From an uncultured Planktomarina sp. (lineage in GTDB: Bacteria > Pseudomonadota > Alphaproteobacteria > Rhodobacterales > Rhodobacteraceae): a stretch of DNA of 64,000 nucleotides. The stretch lies in the NCBI GenBank assembly GCA_951541495.1, contig CATOCL010000003.1, positions 48,485 through 112,484 on the forward strand. The letters run 5' to 3'. Numbering within the stretch: the first letter of the stretch is position 1; each line of letters opens with the position of its first letter. The position numbers were made by a program, and so were the translations under genes. Below are positions 19,164 through 28,547 of this stretch, in pieces. The notes under the pieces are model-generated. The model did no database searches. It saw only the letters and a list, made by a program, of their open reading frames with translations, and had not been told where the DNA came from.

Positions 19164-19669
19164 TTCGCTTTAGCCTTAGCGTTTTCATCAACCCTTCTCT
19201 GGATCTCATTTCTATACAACGCTAGAAAATCAACCATTTCTAAGTTTAATGATGGAAAGCCGCCGTCCCGGGTTACATCACTCACAATTCGACGTAAAAA
19301 TGGAAATATCATACGAGGGCATTCTATCATGAGATAAGGATGAAGTTGGTCTTCTGGTATGTTCTCAATATGAAAAATTCCAGCATATTCAAGTTCCAGA
19401 AGAAACATTGGCTCGTCTTTGTCTTTCGTTTTAGATGAAATATTTGATTTTATAATTACTTCATATTGATGCTCTACGGGCCGCTTTTTGGCATCAATGT
19501 TGACTTGAACAGATACGTTTGGCTGTACTTCACCAGTGATACCTTTTTGAGCTAAGATATTTTCAAATGACATGTCTCTAATGTACTGAGCAAGAACCTG
19601 CGTTTTTAACGGCTTCTTAGGCACAACCTCTTCCTCATTCAGCGCTTGTTCAATTGCCTTTTTAGCCAT
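19160..19669 (-). CDS. secB: Protein-export chaperone SecB
   Basis: 169 aa with YIRDMSFEN...ECPRMIFPFLRRIVSDVTRDGGFP. Confidence 0.9.
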   Translation of the reverse strand: MAKKAIEQALNEEEVVPKKPLKTQVLAQYIRDMSFENILAQKGITGEVQPNVSVQVNIDAKKRPVEHQYEVIIKSNISSKTKDKDEPMFLLELEYAGIFHIENIPEDQLHPYLMIECPRMIFPFLRRIVSDVTRDGGFPSLNLEMVDFLALYRNEIQRRVDENAKAKAN

Positions 19670-19724
19670 TATTTGTACTCCTATAAGTCTGTTTTTCCTA
19701 CTTTATCAGAAAGTTACAGAGCTC

Positions 19725-20183
19725 TCAATCCTTGGTCCACCCGGAGGGATTATCCCTTGGAGTAACGTCATTAAAGCTTCCATCAATAACGTCGTCTGCG
19801 TGGTGCTTATCAGATTTATTAAAGTTAAATTTATTCATTTTAATTCTGGACCTAAGCTGTCGCATTACAAAAGAACGAAATTGTGGAAATAGTAACAAAA
19901 CTCCAATAAAATCTGTAAAAAACCCAGGCGTAAGTAATAGGGCGCCAGCAAACAAAATCATTGCCCCATGAGCTAGTGGTTCAACTGGGTTTTGCATAGT
20001 TAAAAACGAATCCTGCAATTTTGCTACAGCTCGGATTCCTTGACTGCGAACTAGCGAGGTTCCAATGATGGCGGTAAGAAGTACAATTGTTAAGGTCGGC
20101 CAAAGGCCAATGTAATCTCCAACCTGGATAAACAACCCTATTTCAATTAGGGGCACTGCAATAAAGGCAAGCAACAAGCGCAT
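19725..20183 (-). CDS. fxsA: FxsA family inner-membrane protein
   Basis: MRLLLAFIAVPLIEIGLFIQVG signature. ATG 20183 is preceded by GGAG; the track start at 20195 is a TTG inside that RBS region. Confidence 0.8.
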   Translation of the reverse strand: MRLLLAFIAVPLIEIGLFIQVGDYIGLWPTLTIVLLTAIIGTSLVRSQGIRAVAKLQDSFLTMQNPVEPLAHGAMILFAGALLLTPGFFTDFIGVLLLFPQFRSFVMRQLRSRIKMNKFNFNKSDKHHADDVIDGSFNDVTPRDNPSGWTKD

Positions 20184-20287
20184 TTGTGTCTCCAATTCAC
20201 ATTTAGCCTAGTGGACTTGAGCCACTTGCTGACCTACATAAGGATTAATATGTCAGATTTCTATTCCACATGGGGTAAAAGGTTAAA

Positions 20288-20944
20288 ATGAATATGCAAC
20301 TAATCCAACTTTTAGCGTTGGCTGGTATCGCCGTATACCTTATTTTAAAACTCCGCGGAGTACTTGGAACTCGAGAGGGTCACGAGGCACCGCGCAGTAC
20401 AAGTGTGTCACCAGAAGCGAAACGCAAAAAATTTGAGGTAATTGACGGTGGATCAGACCCAGATATTGCAGACTGGACTGAAGAAGATAGCGACGTCGGT
20501 CGCGCGCTGGCGGCAATGAAAGCCGTAGAGCCCTCTTTCTCTGTCACAGAGTTCCTTCAGGGATCTAAAGGTGCTTATGAGATGATTTTAATGGCATTTG
20601 AAAATGCGGATCTTTTAAGTGTTAAGACTTTTTTAAGTGATGAGGTTTATGATGCTTTTTCTGCTGTGGTTAAGGATCGTGAGACTAAAGGATTAACTAT
20701 AGAAGCTGAATTTATTGGTGTGCTAGAGACTGGTCTAATGAGCGCTACCTTTGACCCGACTGACAACCGTGGTGAAGTAGATGTAAGGTTCGTTTGTAAA
20801 CTTACTTCCGTTGTTAAAAACAAAAAAGGCAAAATTGTTGAGGGCAGTGAAACTGAAGAAAAGAGGCAACGAGATGTCTGGACATTTGCTCGCTCTATGG
20901 GCGCCTCGGATCCAAACTGGAAACTTGTCGCAACGGGTGAATGA
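20288..20944 (+). CDS. Tim44-like domain protein (bacterial homologue of mitochondrial import subunit Tim44)
   Basis: N-terminal TM segment then a C-terminal Tim44-like fold (FSVTEFLQGSKGAYEMILMAF...WTFAR...DPNWKLVAT). Confidence 0.75.
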   Translation: MNMQLIQLLALAGIAVYLILKLRGVLGTREGHEAPRSTSVSPEAKRKKFEVIDGGSDPDIADWTEEDSDVGRALAAMKAVEPSFSVTEFLQGSKGAYEMILMAFENADLLSVKTFLSDEVYDAFSAVVKDRETKGLTIEAEFIGVLETGLMSATFDPTDNRGEVDVRFVCKLTSVVKNKKGKIVEGSETEEKRQRDVWTFARSMGASDPNWKLVATGE

Positions 20945-21006
20945 CCAAAAACCTGTTAACTAATTACGCCATGTTAAAAACAGAAATTATTTTTTAGAGA
21001 CGCTTC

Positions 21007-21582
21007 ATGGCTAGAAAACTTCAACCGGAAGAGTGGGACCTTTGGAGGAGGGTTGCTGATACGGCAATCCCTATTCAACCTTTGGCGGCTGTGAAGCCAC
21101 AAGGTCTAGCTAAAATAATAAATAAAGTTAAAAATCCCCCAACAACGAATTTTGAAATAAAAGACTTTAAAATTGGCCAAACCCTGAGGCAAGCAGTCAA
21201 CAATAAGGGCACAGCAGTTCCACAGAAAAAGCATCATAAGATGGATGCAAAATCTTTTGGGAAACTAACTCGCGGGAAAATGCGTCCAGAGGCCGTCCTT
21301 GATTTACATGGTATGACCTTGGTGGAGGCACACCCAGCATTGCACAACTTTGTCTTAGGTTCTGCGCAATTGGATCGTCGATTGGTACTTGTGATAACCG
21401 GTAAGGGGAAACCCAAACTGGATTACGGCCCAATTCCCGTCCGGCACGGCGTCTTAAGAGAAAACGTTCCGATCTGGTTGCGCCAGTTACCACTATCCTC
21501 TGTTATTCTTGACGTTACTGCGGCGCACCAAAGACATGGCGGTGGTGGTGCGATCTATGTCTACCTAAAGAAAAAGCGCTAG
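21007..21582 (+). CDS. smr: Smr domain protein (MutS2-related small nuclease family)
   Basis: LDLHGMTLVEAHPALHNFV...VLVITGKG...GVLRENVPIWL. Confidence 0.8.
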   Translation: MARKLQPEEWDLWRRVADTAIPIQPLAAVKPQGLAKIINKVKNPPTTNFEIKDFKIGQTLRQAVNNKGTAVPQKKHHKMDAKSFGKLTRGKMRPEAVLDLHGMTLVEAHPALHNFVLGSAQLDRRLVLVITGKGKPKLDYGPIPVRHGVLRENVPIWLRQLPLSSVILDVTAAHQRHGGGGAIYVYLKKKR

Positions 21583-22790
21583 CTTACTAAAGATTTTCTT
21601 GCTTTTGAAACCCCTACCCACATTAATATAGATGAGATGCCAAAAAAAGCAGAAATCCAAACATATTGACTTTCAAGGGAAACTTCGTGGTCTAATAACA
21701 CACCTGTTAGGGTGGGGCCAATGGCAGACCCCAAAACCATAACAGCTACAGCCGCCGCTTTTATAGACCCAAGGTGTTTTGTCCCAAAAAACTCAGCCCA
21801 AAAGGCATTTGGAAGTGTTGCAGAGGCTCCAGACGTTATTCCCAAAAAAACAAAACCAAGCAAAGCAGCAACCAATGTTTCCCCAAAAGAGAATAGCAAA
21901 AAGGCCACAACTAGGGGCATTTGGAAATAAGGTATTAAATTCACTGTTCCGATCTTGTCTAACAGAATACCTGATAAAAACATCGCAACAATCGCACAGC
22001 CAGTGTAAATAGGAAACATTGCAACTAGCTGCAAGTGTTCCCAGCCTTTAATCTCTGCAAAGTGAACCTGTAAAAAAAAGAATGCTGTATTAAATGCTGA
22101 TTGCCCAACAAATGCTGGTACCATGAACCAGAATAGAGGGTGCGCCAGGGTTTGGTTTCTTGTCCAGTGACGGTTTTTCATGCCTTTTGATTGGCTTTCC
22201 TTAGCCATCGACTGGGGACTACGCTCACGTTGCAATAACCAAACTAATGCCGGAATAGATAAGAAGGCTACAATAGCTGTAATTATCCAAATATCCTGCC
22301 ATGCAAAATAAACCAGCAATCCAACTACTAATAGTGGGAAGGTGGCCTCTCCCAGGGAAAAACCAAGATTTGCGATTGATAACGCCTTCCCACGGTTGGC
22401 AGAAAACCAACGAGACATTGCAACAGTTGCGATGTGTGTCGGCATGCCTTGACCAGAAAGACGTAAACAGAAAATAACAACGGGCAATAAGGCGGCCCAG
22501 GGATTAAATGCCATGATCAGGCAGGACACCGCTAAAACAGCAAGCACAATTGGGCCAATTTTCCTTACACGCATTATGTCTGTGAGGCCACCGGCCCACA
22601 CCAAAACAATTGCTGAAGCAAAGGTGCCAAAACCATAAATTGTTCCCCAGTCACCATGGGACAGGTTAAAGGTTTTCCTTATTTCTCCCGCAAATAGCGA
22701 AATAAAAAACGTCTGTCCAAAGCTAGAAACAAGCGTAAGGAGGGCGCCAGCTAACAGCCACCGGCTATTATTTATTAAAAACTTTAACAC
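21579..22790 (-). CDS. MFS transporter, substrate unknown
   Basis: 403 aa, about 12 hydrophobic segments, MFS-like loop motifs. Its stop overlaps the smr stop in the CTAG palindrome. Confidence 0.75.
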   Translation of the reverse strand: MLKFLINNSRWLLAGALLTLVSSFGQTFFISLFAGEIRKTFNLSHGDWGTIYGFGTFASAIVLVWAGGLTDIMRVRKIGPIVLAVLAVSCLIMAFNPWAALLPVVIFCLRLSGQGMPTHIATVAMSRWFSANRGKALSIANLGFSLGEATFPLLVVGLLVYFAWQDIWIITAIVAFLSIPALVWLLQRERSPQSMAKESQSKGMKNRHWTRNQTLAHPLFWFMVPAFVGQSAFNTAFFFLQVHFAEIKGWEHLQLVAMFPIYTGCAIVAMFLSGILLDKIGTVNLIPYFQMPLVVAFLLFSFGETLVAALLGFVFLGITSGASATLPNAFWAEFFGTKHLGSIKAAAVAVMVLGSAIGPTLTGVLLDHEVSLESQYVWISAFFGISSILMWVGVSKARKSLVS

Positions 22791-22829
22791 TTCTTATTTG
22801 TTAAGGGTAAATCCCCATCAGGCAAGCGC

Positions 22830-24137
22830 TTAAAGCACGTAGCGTGAAAGATCACTGGATTGAAGTAAAACATCGAGGTTTTTGTTTACATAATCTTGAT
22901 CAATTACCACCTTGGTGTCTGAAAGGTCGGGCGCTGTAAAAGACAGTTCCTCAAAAACTCTTTCAATCACAGTATAAAGACGCCTAGCCCCAATGTTTTC
23001 TACAGACCGGTTTACCTCAGCTGCTGCTTTGGCCAAAGCAGAAATACCATCTTCACTAAAAGTAACAGTTACGTTCTCTGTCGCCATCAACGCCGAGTAC
23101 TGTAGTGTAAGAGCATTTTCTGTTTCCGATAATATTCTAACAAAGTCTTCTTCTGTAAGGTCGCGTAACTCTACTCTAATTGGTAAACGCCCCTGAAGCT
23201 CAGGAAGTAGGTCGGAGGGCTTTGAAACATGGAACGCCCCAGACGCGATAAATAATATATGGTCAGTTTTTACGGCACCATGTTTTGTTGAAACTGTAGT
23301 CCCTTCAATTAATGGCAACAAATCACGTTGCACACCTTCACGACTTACGTCGGCACCACGCGCATCTGATCGAGCGCAGACTTTGTCAATTTCATCAAGA
23401 AATACGATGCCACCTTCTTCCACCGAACGAAGGGCGGCCTTTGTAACAGTCTCATCGTCAAGGAGGTTATCGGCTTCTTCGCCAAGCAAAACCTCATAGC
23501 TGGCTGCGACTGTAAGCTTCTTACGTACTTTTTTTCCACCCATTGCCTTACCAAAAATCTCACCAATATTCATCATACCCATTTGTCCACTCGGCTGTCC
23601 TGGAATATCAAACATGGACATTGGGTTTGTGGTATCGGCAACCTCAAGCTCTATGATTGTGTCATCTAATTCGCCACTGCGTAGTTTTTTACGAAACATT
23701 TCACGCGTGGCGTCTCTAGCATCTTCCCCAGCAATAGCCTCTAGAACCCTTTCTTCCGCGGCCTCTTTTGCTTTGGCCTGAACATCTTCGCGCATGTGGT
23801 CACGTGTCATAGCAATACTGGAGTCAACTAAATCACGTATAATTTGCTCTACATCTCGTCCGACATATCCCACCTCAGTAAATTTGGTAGCCTCTACCTT
23901 TAGAAATGGCGCCCGTGCAAGCTTTGCCAGTCGTCGACTAATTTCAGTCTTACCAACACCTGTTGGCCCAATCATTAAAATATTTTTGGGATAGACCTCG
24001 TCTCGTAGATCATCTCCAAGTTGTTTGCGTCGCCAACGATTCCGAAGCGCTACAGCGACAGCTCGTTTAGCATCGTTTTGTCCGACTATGTGTCTGTCTA
24101 ATTCTGAAACAATTTCGCGGGGAGTTAGGTCTGTCAA
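22830..24137 (-). CDS. hslU: ATP-dependent protease ATPase subunit HslU
   Basis: [26 protein letters not shown] Walker [10 protein letters not shown] Walker B. Confidence 0.95.
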   Translation of the reverse strand: MTDLTPREIVSELDRHIVGQNDAKRAVAVALRNRWRRKQLGDDLRDEVYPKNILMIGPTGVGKTEISRRLAKLARAPFLKVEATKFTEVGYVGRDVEQIIRDLVDSSIAMTRDHMREDVQAKAKEAAEERVLEAIAGEDARDATREMFRKKLRSGELDDTIIELEVADTTNPMSMFDIPGQPSGQMGMMNIGEIFGKAMGGKKVRKKLTVAASYEVLLGEEADNLLDDETVTKAALRSVEEGGIVFLDEIDKVCARSDARGADVSREGVQRDLLPLIEGTTVSTKHGAVKTDHILFIASGAFHVSKPSDLLPELQGRLPIRVELRDLTEEDFVRILSETENALTLQYSALMATENVTVTFSEDGISALAKAAAEVNRSVENIGARRLYTVIERVFEELSFTAPDLSDTKVVIDQDYVNKNLDVLLQSSDLSRYVL

Positions 24138-24166
24138 AAGAACACCTTTTTAAAAAACGTAATTAA

Positions 24167-24724
24167 TTATTTTGAGATTATTTCAACGGTAAGATTTCCG
24201 TTGGTGTAGACACAAATATCTGACGCGATCGACATTGCCTTGCGTGCGATGCTTTCCGCATCCATTTCCGTTTCCTGAAGGCCTCGAGCTGCTGCCAGAG
24301 CAAAATTTCCACCAGACCCAATGGCTGCCACGCCGTGCTCAGGTTCAAGAACATCACCTGCACCCGTTATAATAAGAAGTTCTTCACCATCAGTAACAAT
24401 AAGCATAGCTTCAAGTTTCTGCAGATATTTGTCGGTTCGCCAGTCTTTAGCTAATTCTACAGATGCTCTTGCAAGCTGACCCGGTGTTGCTTCAAGTTTG
24501 GCTTCAAGTCTCTCTAACAGGGTAAAGGCGTCTGCTGTTGATCCAGCAAACCCTACGACAACATCATTGCCACCTGGGGAAAGCCGTCGAACCTTGCGAG
24601 CGGTTCCTTTAATTACAGTGGGTCCTAAGCTCACCTGCCCATCACCCGCAACAACCACTTGGTTCCCTTTACGAACACCAATAATCGTAGTGCCGTGCCA
24701 TCCGGGAAACTCTGTATTACTCAT
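24167..24724 (-). CDS. hslV: ATP-dependent protease peptidase subunit HslV
   Basis: [25 protein letters not shown] with the N-terminal Thr nucleophile context; 185 aa. Confidence 0.95.
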   Translation of the reverse strand: MSNTEFPGWHGTTIIGVRKGNQVVVAGDGQVSLGPTVIKGTARKVRRLSPGGNDVVVGFAGSTADAFTLLERLEAKLEATPGQLARASVELAKDWRTDKYLQKLEAMLIVTDGEELLIITGAGDVLEPEHGVAAIGSGGNFALAAARGLQETEMDAESIARKAMSIASDICVYTNGNLTVEIISK

Positions 24725-24815
24725 ACAACTCTCCTCAAAAATTCAGAGTTAGATAAAGATTACTAAAAATATTTAGGAGCCTACATAAAACCATGACTTA
24801 ACAATAACACAGGGC

Positions 24816-25136
24816 TTAAATTGCGTCTTCAATCCAAGTTTTTAGAGCCGTCTTGGGTGCCGCACCGACCTTATTTGATACAACTTCGCCGTCTTTAAAA
24901 AGAAACAAAGCTGGAATGCCTCGAACACCGAGCGCTGCTGCTGTTGAGGGATTACTGTCGACATCAACTTTAACAACTTTAATTTGACCTTCCATTTCGA
25001 CAGAAATTTCCTCTAAATCTGGGCCAATTTGCTTACATGGACCGCACCACTCAGCCCAAAAATCTACAACAACAGGAATTTCAGAATTTTTGACTTCTGC
25101 ATCAAAGGTCTCATCGGTAGCGGCTACGGTTGCCAT
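24816..25136 (-). CDS. trxA: Thioredoxin
   Basis: [15 protein letters not shown] active site. ATG 25136 is preceded by GGAGA; the track start at 25166 adds 10 residues. Confidence 0.92.
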   Translation of the reverse strand: MATVAATDETFDAEVKNSEIPVVVDFWAEWCGPCKQIGPDLEEISVEMEGQIKVVKVDVDSNPSTAAALGVRGIPALFLFKDGEVVSNKVGAAPKTALKTWIEDAI

Positions 25137-25196
25137 TGGACATTCTCCAGATATGAATTGCTTCAAAGAAAGAGTTAAGGTCGTAGTCGTCTATCG

Positions 25197-28100
25197 TCAA
25201 GAAGGGGATACGCCTTCTAACGAAGTTATTACTAGGTGGTTAGGTAACTTCATCAAAGAACAGGTTTTGGTCCACAAGATTGCTGTTTCTACTTGGTGGT
25301 CTGGAAAAATTTGCTGCAATGCTGAAGCATAAGCGCCTAGTTGGCGCAAAATTCCTTCAGGAACTTGTTTGGGAGTTTTTGGCACTATTTGGTTTGTCTT
25401 AAAGTCTATCGCTAAAACGGTATCATTTGAAATTATCAGGCGATCAATAGAGCCCTGGATTGGGTCGCCATTTAGCTCATCAATATGTGCTGATACATTT
25501 ACTTCCCCAAATGTAGCTGAAGCGAATATGTGAGCAAGGTCAGGGTGATAAAGTATTTCCTTAGCTTCCGCCCAAGCAAAGGAAAAGATGTCAGCATCTA
25601 CTATTTTTTTCGCAACAATTTTCCATTTTTCTTCTGGGGTATTGGGCAGGGTCTCTAGTAGAAGGTGGATGGCTGTTCCCAAGCGTCGTGCATCAGGGTT
25701 TACCAGTGTTAACCCGCCAGACACAATTTTTTCACCCCCCAGGTCGGATGGCGCGCGAGGGCTTTTTGAGGGTGGAGTGGTGCTTGTTGTTGGTTTTACC
25801 CAATCAGGCACTTGGTGGTTGTTTTTTTTCCGTAAATCTATTTGACGCAGTGTACCTGCCCGCCATGGCTTGGGCTCATAACGTAGGCCAATACCTGCGG
25901 TGGTAATCAGGGGTACCGCGCCTTTGACTACAACTGCTGCATGAATGGCATTATACCAACAGTCTGTCTCTTCTTTTATATCACCAGATCCCATGACAAT
26001 TAACCAGCTTTCAGCACGGGTTAGGGCAACGTATAAAAGCCGGTCAAGCTCATCAACCTGGCGCAACTTCAATTTATCTAATGTGGGGTTTAGGATTTCA
26101 GGCACAAGGTTTTTGTTTGGTTTCCAAACAGCAAGTCCATGGTGATCTACCACATCTGGTGTTGTTGGTGCGGAACGGGCGGCGGTGTCTGGTAGTATAA
26201 CAATAGGCGCCTCTAAGCCCTTGGCACCATGCACGGTCATGACTCTAATTTTATCTTCAATGGTGTCCATTTGACGTTTGATAATGAGTTCATCGGAATC
26301 CAGCCAGACTAAGAAACCAGTTAGGCTAGGCACATTGCTTTGTTCGTAGATAAGAGACTGGCTGACTAATGCGTCAATTCCTTCGGCTGCTTCCAATCCC
26401 AACTGACCTAAAAGTCTAGAACGACCACCCTGTGTGATTAGTATATGGTTTATTAGCTCGAAGGGCCGTTTGAAGTCTGCAAGGTTGCGCAATGCCACTA
26501 AGTTACAAACAGTATCTGGAAATTCTACTTCTCGGTTCTGCAGGCTGCGCCACAAAAACTGAGAGTCTCTACCCTGGGCAAGGTTAAACATGTCCCGCTC
26601 GGACCAACCAAATAGTGGTGACCTTAGGGCCTCTGCTAGTGATAGGTTATCCTCAGGTAGCGCTAAAAAAGAAAGTAGTGATATAATATCCCTGACCCCC
26701 AACTCAGCGGAGACCTTAAGTCTATCTGCTCCAGCGATGGGCAGGCCAGCCTCCTTACAAGCGCGATGAATTTCACGAAAAAATAACTTTTGACGATTCT
26801 GAACCAAAATTAAAAAGTCTCCAGCAGAAATTTTTCGATGAAATGTAGTCCCATCACGATCAAGCTGGGTTATAGTTTCAGTTTCAATTAGTTCTTTAAT
26901 TTGTGCGGAGAGCGCATCGGCTAATTGTTTATCCTGATGGTCGGCGGAGACCTCGTCGATAGGGTCAGTCCAAGGTTGCGTGTCTATTTTTTGTGGTTTT
27001 TGAAAAACTGGCCAAATATCGACGCGACCTGGGAGCTCAGACTTATAAGCCAAGTGGTCTGACTGGGACCCCAAGCCCTTCCGATTAGAAAAAACCTGAT
27101 CTACTAGGTCTAGTATTGTGGGTGATGATCGAAAGGAATAATTGAGGGTGGTAGATTGAAATGGTTGCTTGATCTCAAGTAATTGAGCTTCAAACTGGTC
27201 TCGCATTCTGTCAAACCCTTCTGGGTCTGCGCCATGAAAAGAGAAGATTGATTGCTTTTTATCTCCAACTACAAATATGGTTCGATGCACGTCGGCTCGG
27301 GCGCCTTGTCCAGAAGTAAATTCCTGAGCAAGGAGCTTAATTACATCCCATTGTGCTGGGCTGGTATCTTGAGCTTCATCCACTAAAATATGGTCGACGC
27401 CTCCATCCAGTCTGAAGAGCACCCAATTAGCTACACGCTCATCTGAGAGAAGTGTTTGGGTGCGAAGTATGAGATCATCAAAATCTAGAAAACCACGCCG
27501 TTGCTTGTGTTCATGATAGGTTTGCAAAAATTCTGTAGCAAAGTGGTAAAGCGCTTCTGTTCGTTGTGCGGTACGTAGTGCTACTCGGTTTCGTCGAACG
27601 CTCTCGACCCTCACCATTAATTCTTCCAGTTGCTCAAGGTAAGTCAATCCAAGGCGTGTGTCCTTTGTTGGGAAGGTTTTAGTCTTTGCTGTGAAGGGAT
27701 TTGCTCCAGATTTTGTTAGAAATACAGATTCCAAAACCAGTAGATCAACCACTTTAAGGTCAGGACCCTTTATGGCCAGCATATTTTCTCCAGCCTTAAG
27801 GTCATTTCCGGTCTTGCTTAGAAGGGTTGTCCGAAGCTTAAATATCAGATCGCTATCGCCTGGTAAAAAGCAGTCATCTTGTAAATCTTGATCTTGATAA
27901 CCGGGTCTTAAGCCAAGCCCTCTCCAAATATCCTCCTGGGTAGTGGTGGCCTCAAAAAGCTTGGACAAGTTTAAAACAGAACGCATAACGTCATGCACCT
28001 CCGCACCAGTAAAGTGGTGCGCAATTCCATCAAAGCTGGAACTTCCCGTTCTGTCAGAAATGACCTCTAATACTTCACCCAGTAAAATCTTTTGAGCTCT

Positions 28101-28547
28101 CTCATCGATTTCAATAAATTGGGGACTTACACCAGCCTCAAGGGGAAATCGCCTAAGAATTGAGGCGCAGAACGAGTGTATTGTTTGAATTTTTAGGCCG
28201 CCGGGTGCCTCAATGGCTCGGGCAAAAAGCGTACGAGCGCGGCTAACATCCTCCACGTTTAAGCTGTGCTCAATACCTAATTCCTGAAGTTCGCTTAAAA
28301 GCTTATCATTTTCCAGCATAGTCCAACGACCCAAACGTTGAAAAAGACGGTTCTGCATTTCTGAAGCTGCAGCCTTGGTGTAGGTAAGACACAAGATATT
28401 TTGTGGCATTACACCTTCAAGTAGCAGGCGCGCCACTCTATCTGTCAGTACGTGGGTTTTTCCTGAGCCAGCATTTGCGGCTAACCAAGTGGAACGAGCT
28501 GGATCGGCGGCTTCGACCTGCCTTTGGCTTGCATCGTTCATTTTCAT
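25197..28547 (-). CDS. addA: Double-strand break repair helicase-nuclease AddA (alphaproteobacterial type)
   Basis: 1116 aa, UvrD-like AANAGSGKTHVL Walker A, HILVDEAQDTSP, C-terminal RecB-type nuclease (SIDRLII...AIDFKT). Overlaps addB. Confidence 0.9.
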   Translation of the reverse strand: MKMNDASQRQVEAADPARSTWLAANAGSGKTHVLTDRVARLLLEGVMPQNILCLTYTKAAASEMQNRLFQRLGRWTMLENDKLLSELQELGIEHSLNVEDVSRARTLFARAIEAPGGLKIQTIHSFCASILRRFPLEAGVSPQFIEIDERAQKILLGEVLEVISDRTGSSSFDGIAHHFTGAEVHDVMRSVLNLSKLFEATTTQEDIWRGLGLRPGYQDQDLQDDCFLPGDSDLIFKLRTTLLSKTGNDLKAGENMLAIKGPDLKVVDLLVLESVFLTKSGANPFTAKTKTFPTKDTRLGLTYLEQLEELMVRVESVRRNRVALRTAQRTEALYHFATEFLQTYHEHKQRRGFLDFDDLILRTQTLLSDERVANWVLFRLDGGVDHILVDEAQDTSPAQWDVIKLLAQEFTSGQGARADVHRTIFVVGDKKQSIFSFHGADPEGFDRMRDQFEAQLLEIKQPFQSTTLNYSFRSSPTILDLVDQVFSNRKGLGSQSDHLAYKSELPGRVDIWPVFQKPQKIDTQPWTDPIDEVSADHQDKQLADALSAQIKELIETETITQLDRDGTTFHRKISAGDFLILVQNRQKLFFREIHRACKEAGLPIAGADRLKVSAELGVRDIISLLSFLALPEDNLSLAEALRSPLFGWSERDMFNLAQGRDSQFLWRSLQNREVEFPDTVCNLVALRNLADFKRPFELINHILITQGGRSRLLGQLGLEAAEGIDALVSQSLIYEQSNVPSLTGFLVWLDSDELIIKRQMDTIEDKIRVMTVHGAKGLEAPIVILPDTAARSAPTTPDVVDHHGLAVWKPNKNLVPEILNPTLDKLKLRQVDELDRLLYVALTRAESWLIVMGSGDIKEETDCWYNAIHAAVVVKGAVPLITTAGIGLRYEPKPWRAGTLRQIDLRKKNNHQVPDWVKPTTSTTPPSKSPRAPSDLGGEKIVSGGLTLVNPDARRLGTAIHLLLETLPNTPEEKWKIVAKKIVDADIFSFAWAEAKEILYHPDLAHIFASATFGEVNVSAHIDELNGDPIQGSIDRLIISNDTVLAIDFKTNQIVPKTPKQVPEGILRQLGAYASALQQIFPDHQVETAILWTKTCSLMKLPNHLVITSLEGVSPS